Virus record (IMG/VR): IMGVR_UViG_3300005325_000115
Location: 1 to 24,703 of that record
DNA from: a virus
Taxonomy: Duplodnaviria > Caudoviricetes
Direction: 5' to 3' (one strand)
Length of the DNA stretch: 24,703 nt
This document shows, piece after piece, positions 1 through 8,440 of this stretch. Each line of letters begins with the position of its first letter. The stretch's first letter is position 1. The notes below the pieces were generated by a model. That model saw nothing but the letters and a program-made list of their open reading frames with translations, was not told the DNA's origin and ran no database searches. A program made the translations under genes and the position numbers.

Positions 1-1
1 T

Positions 2-577
2 TTAATCTCCGCAATCGCATTCGCTGCAGCACTGCTCTTGGCAGGTGCAGGTACAGGTGCAGGTACACGTGCAAGTGCAGGTACAAGTGCACTCACATTC
101 ACAGCAAACTATGTGCGTATGCCCTGCTAAGCTCTCCAAATGGCTTCTTAATTGTTCGTGAGCCGATGCCTTGATCCATGTAACAAGCGCTACAACCGGA
201 TCATCCTCAAAGGCAAAGCCTGGCGCATACGCATTGGAATTAATGCTATATGCCGGAACATAATGATAATGGCCGTTAAAAGCCTTAATAAAATTTATAA
301 CCTCATTAGTATGCGATGCCTTCGGCGGTGTTTCGTCAACAATAAGCTGCGCGTTTGATTCTGCCCATGCCACAGCTACATCCGGCAATTCTGCGTTTGA
401 ATTATTGCCGTTGAATACATGGTAATGACCGTCCAAAGCCTCTAAACAAGCCCGCAGCTCTACAATGTGAGTCTTTTTAATAGGCGTAACGTCCTGAATC
501 AGAGGGTCGTCCGTCCATGCCGCAGGTATTGGATTCCCGCCTGAACTTTTTGGGGGCCCGCTTGTGTAATTTCCCAT
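2..577 (-). CDS. Tail-fibre-like protein with three HxH-ending repeats and a Cys-rich C-terminus
   Basis: 191 aa with an AAGGGA RBS. Three ~51-aa-period repeats end in GHYH/GHYH/GHTH. The last 34 aa contain 16 Cys. It lies downstream of the tail tip genes. Confidence 0.7.
   Translation of the reverse strand: MGNYTSGPPKSSGGNPIPAAWTDDPLIQDVTPIKKTHIVELRACLEALDGHYHVFNGNNSNAELPDVAVAWAESNAQLIVDETPPKASHTNEVINFIKAFNGHYHYVPAYSINSNAYAPGFAFEDDPVVALVTWIKASAHEQLRSHLESLAGHTHIVCCECECTCTCTCTCTCTCTCTCQEQCCSECDCGD
41..88 (-). repeat. Eight degenerate hexamer units encoding (Thr-Cys)8
   Basis: Plus strand reads gcaggt gcaggt acaggt gcaggt acacgt gcaagt gcaggt acaagt. All variation falls at synonymous third positions. 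Confidence 0.95.
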
Positions 578-586
578 GTTTTCCCT

Positions 587-1159
587 TTATGCGTATACCG
601 CTCTAGGCGGCGCGTTTTCAAATCTCGAATTAGCGCTAATATACCTTAGGCCCTGACCGTCCTGAATCGAATCAAGGTGAACAGGAATGGTCTCATAGAA
701 CCCTTTAGCGCCAGCTGCGTTCGTTCCGTAACATTTATTATTCCCTGGTAACGCTGCCCCGCCTTCCAGCTTTTCAGTGCCGACTCCGCCATCTTTTAGC
801 TGCAGCTTATCGCCTGCTGAAATCTGAAATACCAGAGTATCGATCAGCCCGTCTAAATACTCCGGCGTTGTGTCGCTTACATCGGCTTTCAGCTTATTAG
901 GAGAATTGGCATCCGGCAGAACCCCGGCTGCAGTGGGAATGCTTGCCAGGCCGGTTAAAGCTGCGCCGATCACCTTATTCGGCGTAACTATCTGCGCAAG
1001 CTTTATGTCTTCAATACCTGCGCCGGGCGCTACCTTGGCATTCGTAATTAAAAGATTCGGGTCTGTGCCTAACTCTAAGGCTTCCCAGTTTGCCCTGCAG
1101 GCAGCCGGGAAGTTAATTAAAAGCATGTCATTTTCCGGCTTCGTTTTGTCCCAAGCCAT
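587..1159 (-). CDS. Putative tail fibre-associated structural protein
   Basis: 190 aa with a GGAGGT RBS. ITNAKV/VGTEKL-type repeats and DTTPEYL and GQGLRY...FEN segments resemble phage fibre proteins. Position after J agrees. Confidence 0.6.
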   Translation of the reverse strand: MAWDKTKPENDMLLINFPAACRANWEALELGTDPNLLITNAKVAPGAGIEDIKLAQIVTPNKVIGAALTGLASIPTAAGVLPDANSPNKLKADVSDTTPEYLDGLIDTLVFQISAGDKLQLKDGGVGTEKLEGGAALPGNNKCYGTNAAGAKGFYETIPVHLDSIQDGQGLRYISANSRFENAPPRAVYA

Positions 1160-1406
1160 CTGATACCTCCCTATTCTTGTATTGTTCTGCTACTTTATTC
1201 ATGTCGTAGAGATCTGCGCCATGTTCCCGCAAAGTCTCGATCCAGCAGACATCATGCATGAATAAAGCCTGCGCGTAATTAAACGCCTGCTCAATGCAGG
1301 TAAAGACTAAAGGCCGCTTCTTAGGAGTACGCAAAATAATGCTTCCTCTTATCAACACATAAGCCATGTCTTTGGGGATCTCCTGCTTGCATCTTGAACA
1401 AATCAT
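1128..1406 (-). CDS. Small hypothetical protein with CxxC ... HxxC putative metal-binding motif
   Basis: 92 aa. CSRC at the N-terminus and HDVC later. ATGA overlap with the upstream ORF. Confidence 0.65.
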   Translation of the reverse strand: MICSRCKQEIPKDMAYVLIRGSIILRTPKKRPLVFTCIEQAFNYAQALFMHDVCWIETLREHGADLYDMNKVAEQYKNREVSDGLGQNEAGK

Positions 1407-1618
1407 TCTTGAATTCCTTCCGCATCCTGCGCATGCTTAATAAACTTCTGAAGCAGCCCGTTAAGCAGCGGCTTGCTAAAATCAGCGTTCTTAATACCGA
1501 TTGTTTTTACCCGGCTTATTTCGCCGCTGTCATTGACTTTATAAAGAATGACGCCGCTTACAAAAACACCGTTATCAAACTCAATAATCACTTTATTCGG
1601 TATCAGTTTCTTTCCCAT
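1403..1618 (-). CDS. Small hypothetical phage protein
   Basis: 71 aa, packed 2 nt after the J stop and overlapping the next start. Confidence 0.65.
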   Translation of the reverse strand: MGKKLIPNKVIIEFDNGVFVSGVILYKVNDSGEISRVKTIGIKNADFSKPLLNGLLQKFIKHAQDAEGIQE

Positions 1619-1620
1619 TC

Positions 1621-4600
1621 TTAAACTCCATGGCTATGCCAGTCAAAAGTGCCGGTTTGGACAACACCTTGAGCATTGAATAATTTGACCTTGAAACTCG
1701 TCGTAGACTTATTAACAAACTGCGTATAAACGCCTCCCCCAGAAGTTATTTCAATATGCACATTCGGCTCCTCGTGATAAGTCTTGGTAAAAAATACCTC
1801 TTTGCCCTCATTTGCATCAGATACCGCGTCGCTCCCAAAATCATCTACGTCAGGAAGATCCCCGAGATATTGCAAAGTTGAACAGGTCACATAATCACCC
1901 AAGTTCTCCCGCGTCAAAATCATCTTAAGCTGAAAGTACCTGCAAAAATAATCGCCCGGCTGATAATCCAGCCATTCTGACCAGCTGATGTTATCCTCAG
2001 ATAAACGTATCTTGAAACTGGCCACATTTTGCGTCTCTTGTCCAGTGAACCGGTAAGAAAGACTGTCATTAAACCTCGCATCCGGATCACTGTTAAACCT
2101 TCTGCCTGTTGATAAGGAAACAATCGCCTCTATCTCAATAAAAACCGCTGCCACGTAGCCGATATCCCGCACAGGCGTATCGTATTCTCCGGATTGAAAT
2201 CCATCGGATATAACCAGCGTCTCAAAACTGACTTCAAGGTTTGTCTTTACGCCTTCCCATAAGGGATGCTCCTGATATTCAGCAACGACATTTCTAAACG
2301 GAATCTCCCCCACAGTAAGGACCGATTCCGTGGGGTTTTCGGAATAGTTACCTGAAGTATCAATGGCCTTGATCCAGAATTTCTGATCAATGCCTTTCTT
2401 AAGGCCCGTGGTTAGATAGTGTGTTCCCTGCTGAAATGTTATTACCTCGCCGCTTTCCCAGTCTACCCCGCGCCTGATTTCGTATCCCCAGACATCTACA
2501 TCAGGAATCTCGCTCCAGCCGAAATAGAGCTGATCCCTGTTCTGGTTAACCAAGAAAGTTGAAACATCGCTTGGCGGCGCAGATTTACCCACAACCGTGA
2601 TTGAGGATTCGGGCGCAGTGGCTAAAGAACTTTCCTCATCCATATCCGTAAGCGAGGTAACTTTGACTTTATAGGTGTGCCGGTCAACGATATCGCCGAT
2701 AATGCGGAAATACGATCCAGTAGTCTCCCCCCTGGCGCCCCAGCTTAAGCCGCCGTCATCGCTTAAGTAAATCTTCGCCTTGGCAAAGGATTTGACATAA
2801 TGGTCGACATACACCGGCCGGTCAAACCAAACATCAATCGCATTTTCAATTGTGCCGTCGGTTTTCTTAACCAAAGATTCGGTTAAAGTAAGATTTGCCA
2901 CAGGCGGAATTTCTCCTGACAAAGAGGAGTAATTATTCTGCGGCAGGATAATATCAGAGTCATCATAAACCGCCTCGTCATATTCCAGGGCCTGAATCTG
3001 CACTTCATTCTTGCCTTCTCTTTGGATCGCTACGACCCTAAAGTCTTTTTTAACCTTATTCGTCTCACCTATGGCGTAGACATTAAAATCCTGCGGCGTA
3101 TTTGTGAATGCCTGGCAGGTGATTTCTGTATAGGTCCCGGCGGGTGATATGATTAACCTTTCTTCAATTGCATCGTCGGAAAATCTGATTTGGATCTTGT
3201 AGGATTTGCCGTCCTCGATGGTCATCGGCCGGTCCAGCTTAATTAATACCGTTGTGGATCCGTCCTTAATTCTGCCCGAGAATCCCCATTGCGGCACATC
3301 ATGGGAAATAGAAATAATATCTCCGGCCTGGCAGGCAACTGCATCAATGCCTGCCTTAAAAACAATTGAGCGGTTAATATACTTTGCAACCTTTAAGGCA
3401 TAGCGCGCTGCGCGGATAGCATAGCTTGCCCCAGTGGTAAATAACCGGAGCTGGCTCTTGCGCATCGGCTCGCCGTTAGCCAACGCTTCTTCATCAATAT
3501 AAGCGATGGTTTCCTGGCGATAGTTCTTCTCTTTATCCGTAAACTGCACCTCGATCACATTCGGCACTTCTTTAATCGTCTTCCAGCTCTGAACAAAGCT
3601 GTCTTTGACGATATTGCCCATGCCGAAAAGCTGAGTCGGCATGGTTTGTTTATCTATCTTAAAAGTGATTCCGCCTGCGCTGTATAAAGGCATAGCATTA
3701 AATACAGCGCTTAACTGAATCAGTATATCCAGGGCTTTGTTGTTTGAGTCAATCACGACATCGAGCCTAAATCGTTTCTCAAATCCGCCTTTTCCGTCAG
3801 CAACCTTCTCTTCGCAATACTGCGACATCTCTAAGAGCGATGCATTATCCAGATGCGAAGTTAAGATAAACTCTCCCAGCCCGTAGCGGTTATTGACGAT
3901 AAAATCTCTGAGGCACCATACCGGATTGGCTGAGTATTTCTGAACATAGGTTATGCCGTCCCATTCAAGCAAAGTATCATCAGATAAGAGCCGGTAATTG
4001 CTTCCATCCCAGCAATAGTCTTCCCAGCTAACCGGCGCGCCTAAATTCCTGATGTCCGGCAGCAAAACCTTTTTGCCTTTTATAACCGCGGTAACATTCG
4101 GGGTTCCGCCGTTAAGCTGGTCTGTCGCCAAAAGCTGCAGGCCCAAAAGCGCAGTATTTGGATAGCTTAAGTCATCGGTCTTAAGCTCATCTATTTGAAA
4201 TAGCGTTAAATCTCCCTGGCGAAGCGGCGAAAGCGAGCTGTCATCCGAGGTGCGGGTTATCCTGATATCGTATTGCCCGGGAGTTAGTCCGACTTTACGA
4301 AACACCCGGCGTACTGTTGAGCGGGATTTTTCTGAAATGGTTGTCTCGCCTAAATCAATATAAGTACTTTCTGAGTGTAGTTTATACTCAACCCTGTAAG
4401 TAACGCTCCAGCTTTGGATATCGCCTGAACCTGAACTCTGCTGGTAAAGGCCGTTATTCAGCCTTAAGTGGATCTCAAAGCCTTCCACATCCAAATCCAC
4501 AGTGGTGTAAACATAAGGATTGTTTTTAACCAGGTTGGCGTTAACCGGATAAAGATTGTGCAGGTCCTCAAAGTTGCTGACAAGGCTCTGATAGTTTGCG

Positions 4601-5241
4601 CCAAAGCGTTTTGAAACCGTCACTCCGCCGAAGTTAGCAATAGGATTGTTATTAATCTCGATGCTCTCGATTGACTCGATCTCGCCTTCGCAAAGCGCAA
4701 GTAAAACATTTAAATAATGATTGTCTCCATCTTCCCAAAGGAATTGATTAATGATATTGCCGCCGATTCTGTGCTCGCCGTAAACAACCGCCACCGGCAC
4801 TCCCACCTCTTGGATAGTTTGAACTCCATCCCAGCCGTAAGTAGGCGATCCTTCATCTATGCCGGTTGCCGAGCCTAAATTGAAATCCGGCATCTTGGGC
4901 TGGTTCATATGCTGATAAATGGCATAACCCATGGAGAGCACAAAAAAGGTAAATAGGAACGGATGCGCTACAGCCACGGCCCATACTGCCGATACTATGG
5001 CAGAGATGATCGCAACCACCGGCGCTTTGACTTCCGGGATAATAGTAACCTCGTCCTCATTATCAAGATATGCTGATAAATTCTCGATGCGCTTGCCGCT
5101 GACAATAATGCGCTTATTCTCGTAATCAAATCCGGACTCAATTAAAACTTCCTGAAGCGTCTTATGGCGGGAATAAGGCACTTCCTTAACCTGAGCCTCT
5201 TCCAGTTTAAACGGATTATCTATGTTCCTTATAGTCAGCAT
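1621..5241 (-). CDS. Tail tip / host-specificity protein J with fused N-terminal gpI-like domain
   Basis: Likely start is ATG 5241 (MLTIRN, about 1206 aa). Ubiquitin-like N-terminus, hydrophobic stretch and GVPVAVVYGEHRIGG (gpI-like). Then YPNTALLGL, SANPVWCLRD..RYGLG and GDIISISHD (J-like), and FN3-like PPVANL/PPSDVS repeats. Confidence 0.88.
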   Translation of the reverse strand: MLTIRNIDNPFKLEEAQVKEVPYSRHKTLQEVLIESGFDYENKRIIVSGKRIENLSAYLDNEDEVTIIPEVKAPVVAIISAIVSAVWAVAVAHPFLFTFFVLSMGYAIYQHMNQPKMPDFNLGSATGIDEGSPTYGWDGVQTIQEVGVPVAVVYGEHRIGGNIINQFLWEDGDNHYLNVLLALCEGEIESIESIEINNNPIANFGGVTVSKRFGANYQSLVSNFEDLHNLYPVNANLVKNNPYVYTTVDLDVEGFEIHLRLNNGLYQQSSGSGDIQSWSVTYRVEYKLHSESTYIDLGETTISEKSRSTVRRVFRKVGLTPGQYDIRITRTSDDSSLSPLRQGDLTLFQIDELKTDDLSYPNTALLGLQLLATDQLNGGTPNVTAVIKGKKVLLPDIRNLGAPVSWEDYCWDGSNYRLLSDDTLLEWDGITYVQKYSANPVWCLRDFIVNNRYGLGEFILTSHLDNASLLEMSQYCEEKVADGKGGFEKRFRLDVVIDSNNKALDILIQLSAVFNAMPLYSAGGITFKIDKQTMPTQLFGMGNIVKDSFVQSWKTIKEVPNVIEVQFTDKEKNYRQETIAYIDEEALANGEPMRKSQLRLFTTGASYAIRAARYALKVAKYINRSIVFKAGIDAVACQAGDIISISHDVPQWGFSGRIKDGSTTVLIKLDRPMTIEDGKSYKIQIRFSDDAIEERLIISPAGTYTEITCQAFTNTPQDFNVYAIGETNKVKKDFRVVAIQREGKNEVQIQALEYDEAVYDDSDIILPQNNYSSLSGEIPPVANLTLTESLVKKTDGTIENAIDVWFDRPVYVDHYVKSFAKAKIYLSDDGGLSWGARGETTGSYFRIIGDIVDRHTYKVKVTSLTDMDEESSLATAPESSITVVGKSAPPSDVSTFLVNQNRDQLYFGWSEIPDVDVWGYEIRRGVDWESGEVITFQQGTHYLTTGLKKGIDQKFWIKAIDTSGNYSENPTESVLTVGEIPFRNVVAEYQEHPLWEGVKTNLEVSFETLVISDGFQSGEYDTPVRDIGYVAAVFIEIEAIVSLSTGRRFNSDPDARFNDSLSYRFTGQETQNVASFKIRLSEDNISWSEWLDYQPGDYFCRYFQLKMILTRENLGDYVTCSTLQYLGDLPDVDDFGSDAVSDANEGKEVFFTKTYHEEPNVHIEITSGGGVYTQFVNKSTTSFKVKLFNAQGVVQTGTFDWHSHGV

Positions 5242-5735
5242 ATTTTGTCTTTTAACCTGTAAAATCCCTCTATCCTTACCTGCCAAGAGAGATCATTTAT
5301 CCTTGAGATAATCACGCCCGGCCTTGCGCAATGGATAAATCTTCCCTTGCTCAAGATTATTCCTGCGTGATTGGCAATTCTTCTTGAATTAACAAACAAT
5401 ACTCCGTCAAGCATCTCGGGCGTCTTAACGCTCACCCAGTCATGGAAGTAATGCTCTTTAAAATAATCCTTCCCTTGCGTTCCCCAGATCTTGCTGTATT
5501 CAAGATCCTCAATATCAAACAGTCTCACGCCTAAGTCAGCGTAAACAAACTTCAAGAAACCCCAGCAGTCAAGCCCTTCTAAGGACCGGCCCCTATGCTG
5601 ATACGGCAGCCCAAGATACTTGTCAATGATGTATTGCTCTACATCACGTAGATGCGCCTTGCCGGTACCGACGGGAAAGCCCCGAATCTCTGATAATTGT
5701 TCAGCTGCTTGCATCTCTGTTTTGTCTTGTTGCAT
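5235..5735 (-). CDS. NlpC/P60 tail assembly protein (gpK-like, no JAB domain); start uncertain
   Basis: YLGLPY..GR...GLDCWG catalytic Cys, NHAGI His and FIHC. Lies between L and I-J. Confidence 0.85.
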   Translation of the reverse strand: MQQDKTEMQAAEQLSEIRGFPVGTGKAHLRDVEQYIIDKYLGLPYQHRGRSLEGLDCWGFLKFVYADLGVRLFDIEDLEYSKIWGTQGKDYFKEHYFHDWVSVKTPEMLDGVLFVNSRRIANHAGIILSKGRFIHCARPGVIISRINDLSWQVRIEGFYRLKDKIC

Positions 5736-6250
5736 GTAAGCTCAGCTCCTGCATATCCGCACTCTATCGATTTAAACTTCCAGCTGCAGTAATTCCGGGA
5801 GTAGCGTCTTGCCGGTAAATCCACTCCCAGGACATCGAACTTTCCTGTCAGGGTAAACTCCACGTTATTCTGGTCTGCTGTATAACTATCGATGTAAAAT
5901 ATGTCGTCCATAAAGGCATCCGGATCAGATAACTGATCCAGCCAGACCATGCGGATAGTTACTTTCTTGCCTCTAAAATCAAACTGCTCCAAGTAGAGCT
6001 GAATCAGCCTTGAGACATTGGCAAGCCGCACCTTAACTTGATCAATCTGCCCTTGGTTATTCTCGCCGACAAACTCATGGGTTATAGGAAACCGCGAATA
6101 AGTAACGCCGTTATAAATTACATCCTCGTCAAAACTCGCAAAACAGAGGTCATTTATCCCGTCATATTTTTCAAGTGTATACAAAAATATCGGCGTATTC
6201 TCGCGTTTTGCTTTCTCTTGTTTAAATGCGCTGTCTGTTTCCCGCGGCAT
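5639..6250 (-). CDS. Minor tail protein L-like (tail tip hub)
   Basis: C-terminal four-Cys pattern CSW...ECGY...TCNKT..RC..RFGAFP as in lambda gpL (Fe-S ligands). Synteny M-L-K. Confidence 0.85.
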   Translation of the reverse strand: MPRETDSAFKQEKAKRENTPIFLYTLEKYDGINDLCFASFDEDVIYNGVTYSRFPITHEFVGENNQGQIDQVKVRLANVSRLIQLYLEQFDFRGKKVTIRMVWLDQLSDPDAFMDDIFYIDSYTADQNNVEFTLTGKFDVLGVDLPARRYSRNYCSWKFKSIECGYAGAELTCNKTKQRCKQLNNYQRFGAFPSVPARRIYVM

Positions 6251-6588
6251 TATTTCACCTCAATAAATTCAAATTCAAAATCATACACGCCGTATGCCTT
6301 GCGGCTAAACTGAAAACTATCCTCAACAAAACGCACGGTATATTCAATTGAATCGTTGGGGTTTGTCCAGGTAAACGCCATAAACGCGCCAAACTTACCC
6401 TTAAAAAAGTCTGAAACCTCCGTCATTTCCATATGCGTCCTATTATTAAATCTAAGCGTCCATTTACGCTGAGGATTTGCCCATTTGCGCCGCCTCTGTT
6501 CTGCCCCGTTTTCAAACTCCGAGACAATCGTCTTATACTCAAGCGCCTCATCAATGAGAAAATCCGGCAAATAGCTAAAGTCGCTCAT
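6250..6588 (-). CDS. Minor tail protein M-like (distal tail protein)
   Basis: 112 aa directly after the tape measure. FENGAEQR, GKFGAFMAFTWTNP and VRF motifs. Confidence 0.8.
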   Translation of the reverse strand: MSDFSYLPDFLIDEALEYKTIVSEFENGAEQRRRKWANPQRKWTLRFNNRTHMEMTEVSDFFKGKFGAFMAFTWTNPNDSIEYTVRFVEDSFQFSRKAYGVYDFEFEFIEVK

Positions 6589-8129
6589 GTATAACTCCTG
6601 ATCACTGAACGAATCTTGCCGTTGTTATAAATATCGTCTGCAATCGCATTGGAAAGCATCTTGCGGTTACGCCAAACATCCTGAGCGTCCCATGCCTGTA
6701 TGACCTGATTCACATTTATGGTTATGCCCCCCTTTGCAGGTTTTCCTTCGTTGAGAGATTTCAAATTTTCTGATCCACCTAATGCGCGCATACCGCGCCT
6801 GGATAAAACCCCTTCTCCGGTCTGCGCAACTATCGGCACCTCTTCGGGCGCAAGGCCGGAATGCGCTCTTATAGGTAAAATCTGTCCGCCAGAGTGATAT
6901 ATCATGCCGCCTTGATGGAAAAATGGGATCATGCCCGGGAAAATCGAACCAATGGTCTTAACCAGGATCATCTTGGCCAAAACCTCAGCCAGGACTTCCA
7001 GCATCATATTGCCAAACTCTGCAAAATAATCTTTGATATCATCCATTTGGCCTTTAAAAACATCACTGAAAAAGTGCTTAAATACGCTCCCCAGAGATCG
7101 AGCTACGCCTTCCCCCATAGACTGAATTGCATCAAACTTCTGCGCCACCTCTTCAATCTTAATATCCTTGCCTAAGTTTTTAAGCGCATCGATGAATCCT
7201 GTTATCGCATTCTTTGCTTTATCATATCCTTTGACTAAGCTGCCTTCGCCAGTCACTAGGACATTTGATATCTTATTGCCGACTCTATCCATCTCCATAT
7301 CAGACGCTTTAATAAGGCCCTGAAGATTGTCCCGAAACGTCTTGATATGCTGTGACGCTTCGCGGTACGGCTCGCCGAGCTTCCCGGGGAGTTTACCCAG
7401 GACCTCATAAAACTTCTCTAAGCCAAGGGCAATCTTGTCAAAACCCACCAAAAGGTATTTGATGAGCTTCACAAAGCCGATGTAGACCATCTGGGCACCG
7501 ATCTCAACTGCGTTAAGGACCGGCACAGCCACATCTCTGAATTTAAGGAAAACGACGATAAGAATAGACACGGCGATAGCGATCCCGGCAATCCAGGGAT
7601 GCGCCAAGGCAAATAGGGCAAGCTTACCGACTAAATCAATAATAAGTCCGCCCAATCGTACCAATCGTCCTATCAAAGCGACTACTACACCGCTCAGCGT
7701 CATAAAAATACCGGTCACTGCTATAGTCTGCACAATCATCTGTTGCGTTGCCGGTGTTAGGCTATTCCAAAGATTAAGCAGATTGCCAAAGACGTTGGCC
7801 AATTTATGCGCCACCGGCACCAAAGCTTCAGCAATACTCACACGAAGCCCGATAAAGGCACTGTCAAGGCGCTTAAGCTCATTTGAGACGGAAAGCGAAT
7901 ATTTCTCTGCGGACTTAAAGGCAAGGGCAAGAGGCCCGGTCAATGCGCCTCCCATAAAAACAAGGTTCTGGCCGACCTGCGCTATCTCCCTGCCTACGTT
8001 ACGAAGCGTACCGCCAAGCTGTTTGCAGGAATTAGCAAACTTTTGCAAATTGCCTTCGATCCCCTGCAGGCGCTTTGAGACCTCGTCCTTTAACTTCATG
8101 ATGATTTCGAGTTCCCTATTTGTAGGCAT
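6585..8129 (-). CDS. Tail tape measure protein
   Basis: 514 aa, helical and Ala/Gly/Leu-rich with hydrophobic segments. C-terminal FHQGG...EEVPIVAQTGEGVLS motif. Follows the chaperone genes. Confidence 0.85.
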   Translation of the reverse strand: MPTNRELEIIMKLKDEVSKRLQGIEGNLQKFANSCKQLGGTLRNVGREIAQVGQNLVFMGGALTGPLALAFKSAEKYSLSVSNELKRLDSAFIGLRVSIAEALVPVAHKLANVFGNLLNLWNSLTPATQQMIVQTIAVTGIFMTLSGVVVALIGRLVRLGGLIIDLVGKLALFALAHPWIAGIAIAVSILIVVFLKFRDVAVPVLNAVEIGAQMVYIGFVKLIKYLLVGFDKIALGLEKFYEVLGKLPGKLGEPYREASQHIKTFRDNLQGLIKASDMEMDRVGNKISNVLVTGEGSLVKGYDKAKNAITGFIDALKNLGKDIKIEEVAQKFDAIQSMGEGVARSLGSVFKHFFSDVFKGQMDDIKDYFAEFGNMMLEVLAEVLAKMILVKTIGSIFPGMIPFFHQGGMIYHSGGQILPIRAHSGLAPEEVPIVAQTGEGVLSRRGMRALGGSENLKSLNEGKPAKGGITINVNQVIQAWDAQDVWRNRKMLSNAIADDIYNNGKIRSVIRSYT

Positions 8130-8440
8130 TAATCCTCTTTCTCTCTTGCCAAGGCAATCTCGCGCTCAATTATCTTTATTGCCTGGATAAATTTAAGCGG
8201 CTGTTCTAACCAGCCGCCGGGATTAGGCAAATATCCTTTCTCGAAAAAAAGATACGCGTTCAAATATTCAATGCTCGCTCTAGTAACAAGTTTCCTTGGA
8301 CATCGCCTAAACTCCCAGTCCTTTAATTTCCAGACGCCTTCAATCGGCGAATCTTCCTCGCAGCCGCGCTCTGCCTTTAAAACGTCCGGGCACTCCTGGC
8401 AGTCGAGCCTAAACCTATGCAGCCCGACCGCCAGGATTAG
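8129..8440 (-). CDS. Tail assembly chaperone T segment (-1 frame of a G-T fusion); missing from the ORF track
   Basis: Open 103-codon frame LILAVGLHRFRLDCQECPD...GYLPNPGGWLEQPLKF...REKED* beginning at the slippery site. Its TAA overlaps the tape measure ATG (TAATG). Confidence 0.85.
   Translation of the reverse strand, partial: LILAVGLHRFRLDCQECPDVLKAERGCEEDSPIEGVWKLKDWEFRRCPRKLVTRASIEYLNAYLFFEKGYLPNPGGWLEQPLKFIQAIKIIEREIALAREKED

Noticed and set aside
41-106. Hexamer repeat as a CRISPR array or phase-variable microsatellite
   Set aside because: No spacers. Units are in-frame and synonymously degenerate, which fits a protein-level repeat.
1-5241. Diversity-generating retroelement acting on tail genes
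   Set aside because: No reverse transcriptase and no adenine-mismatched TR/VR repeat pair seen in the window.
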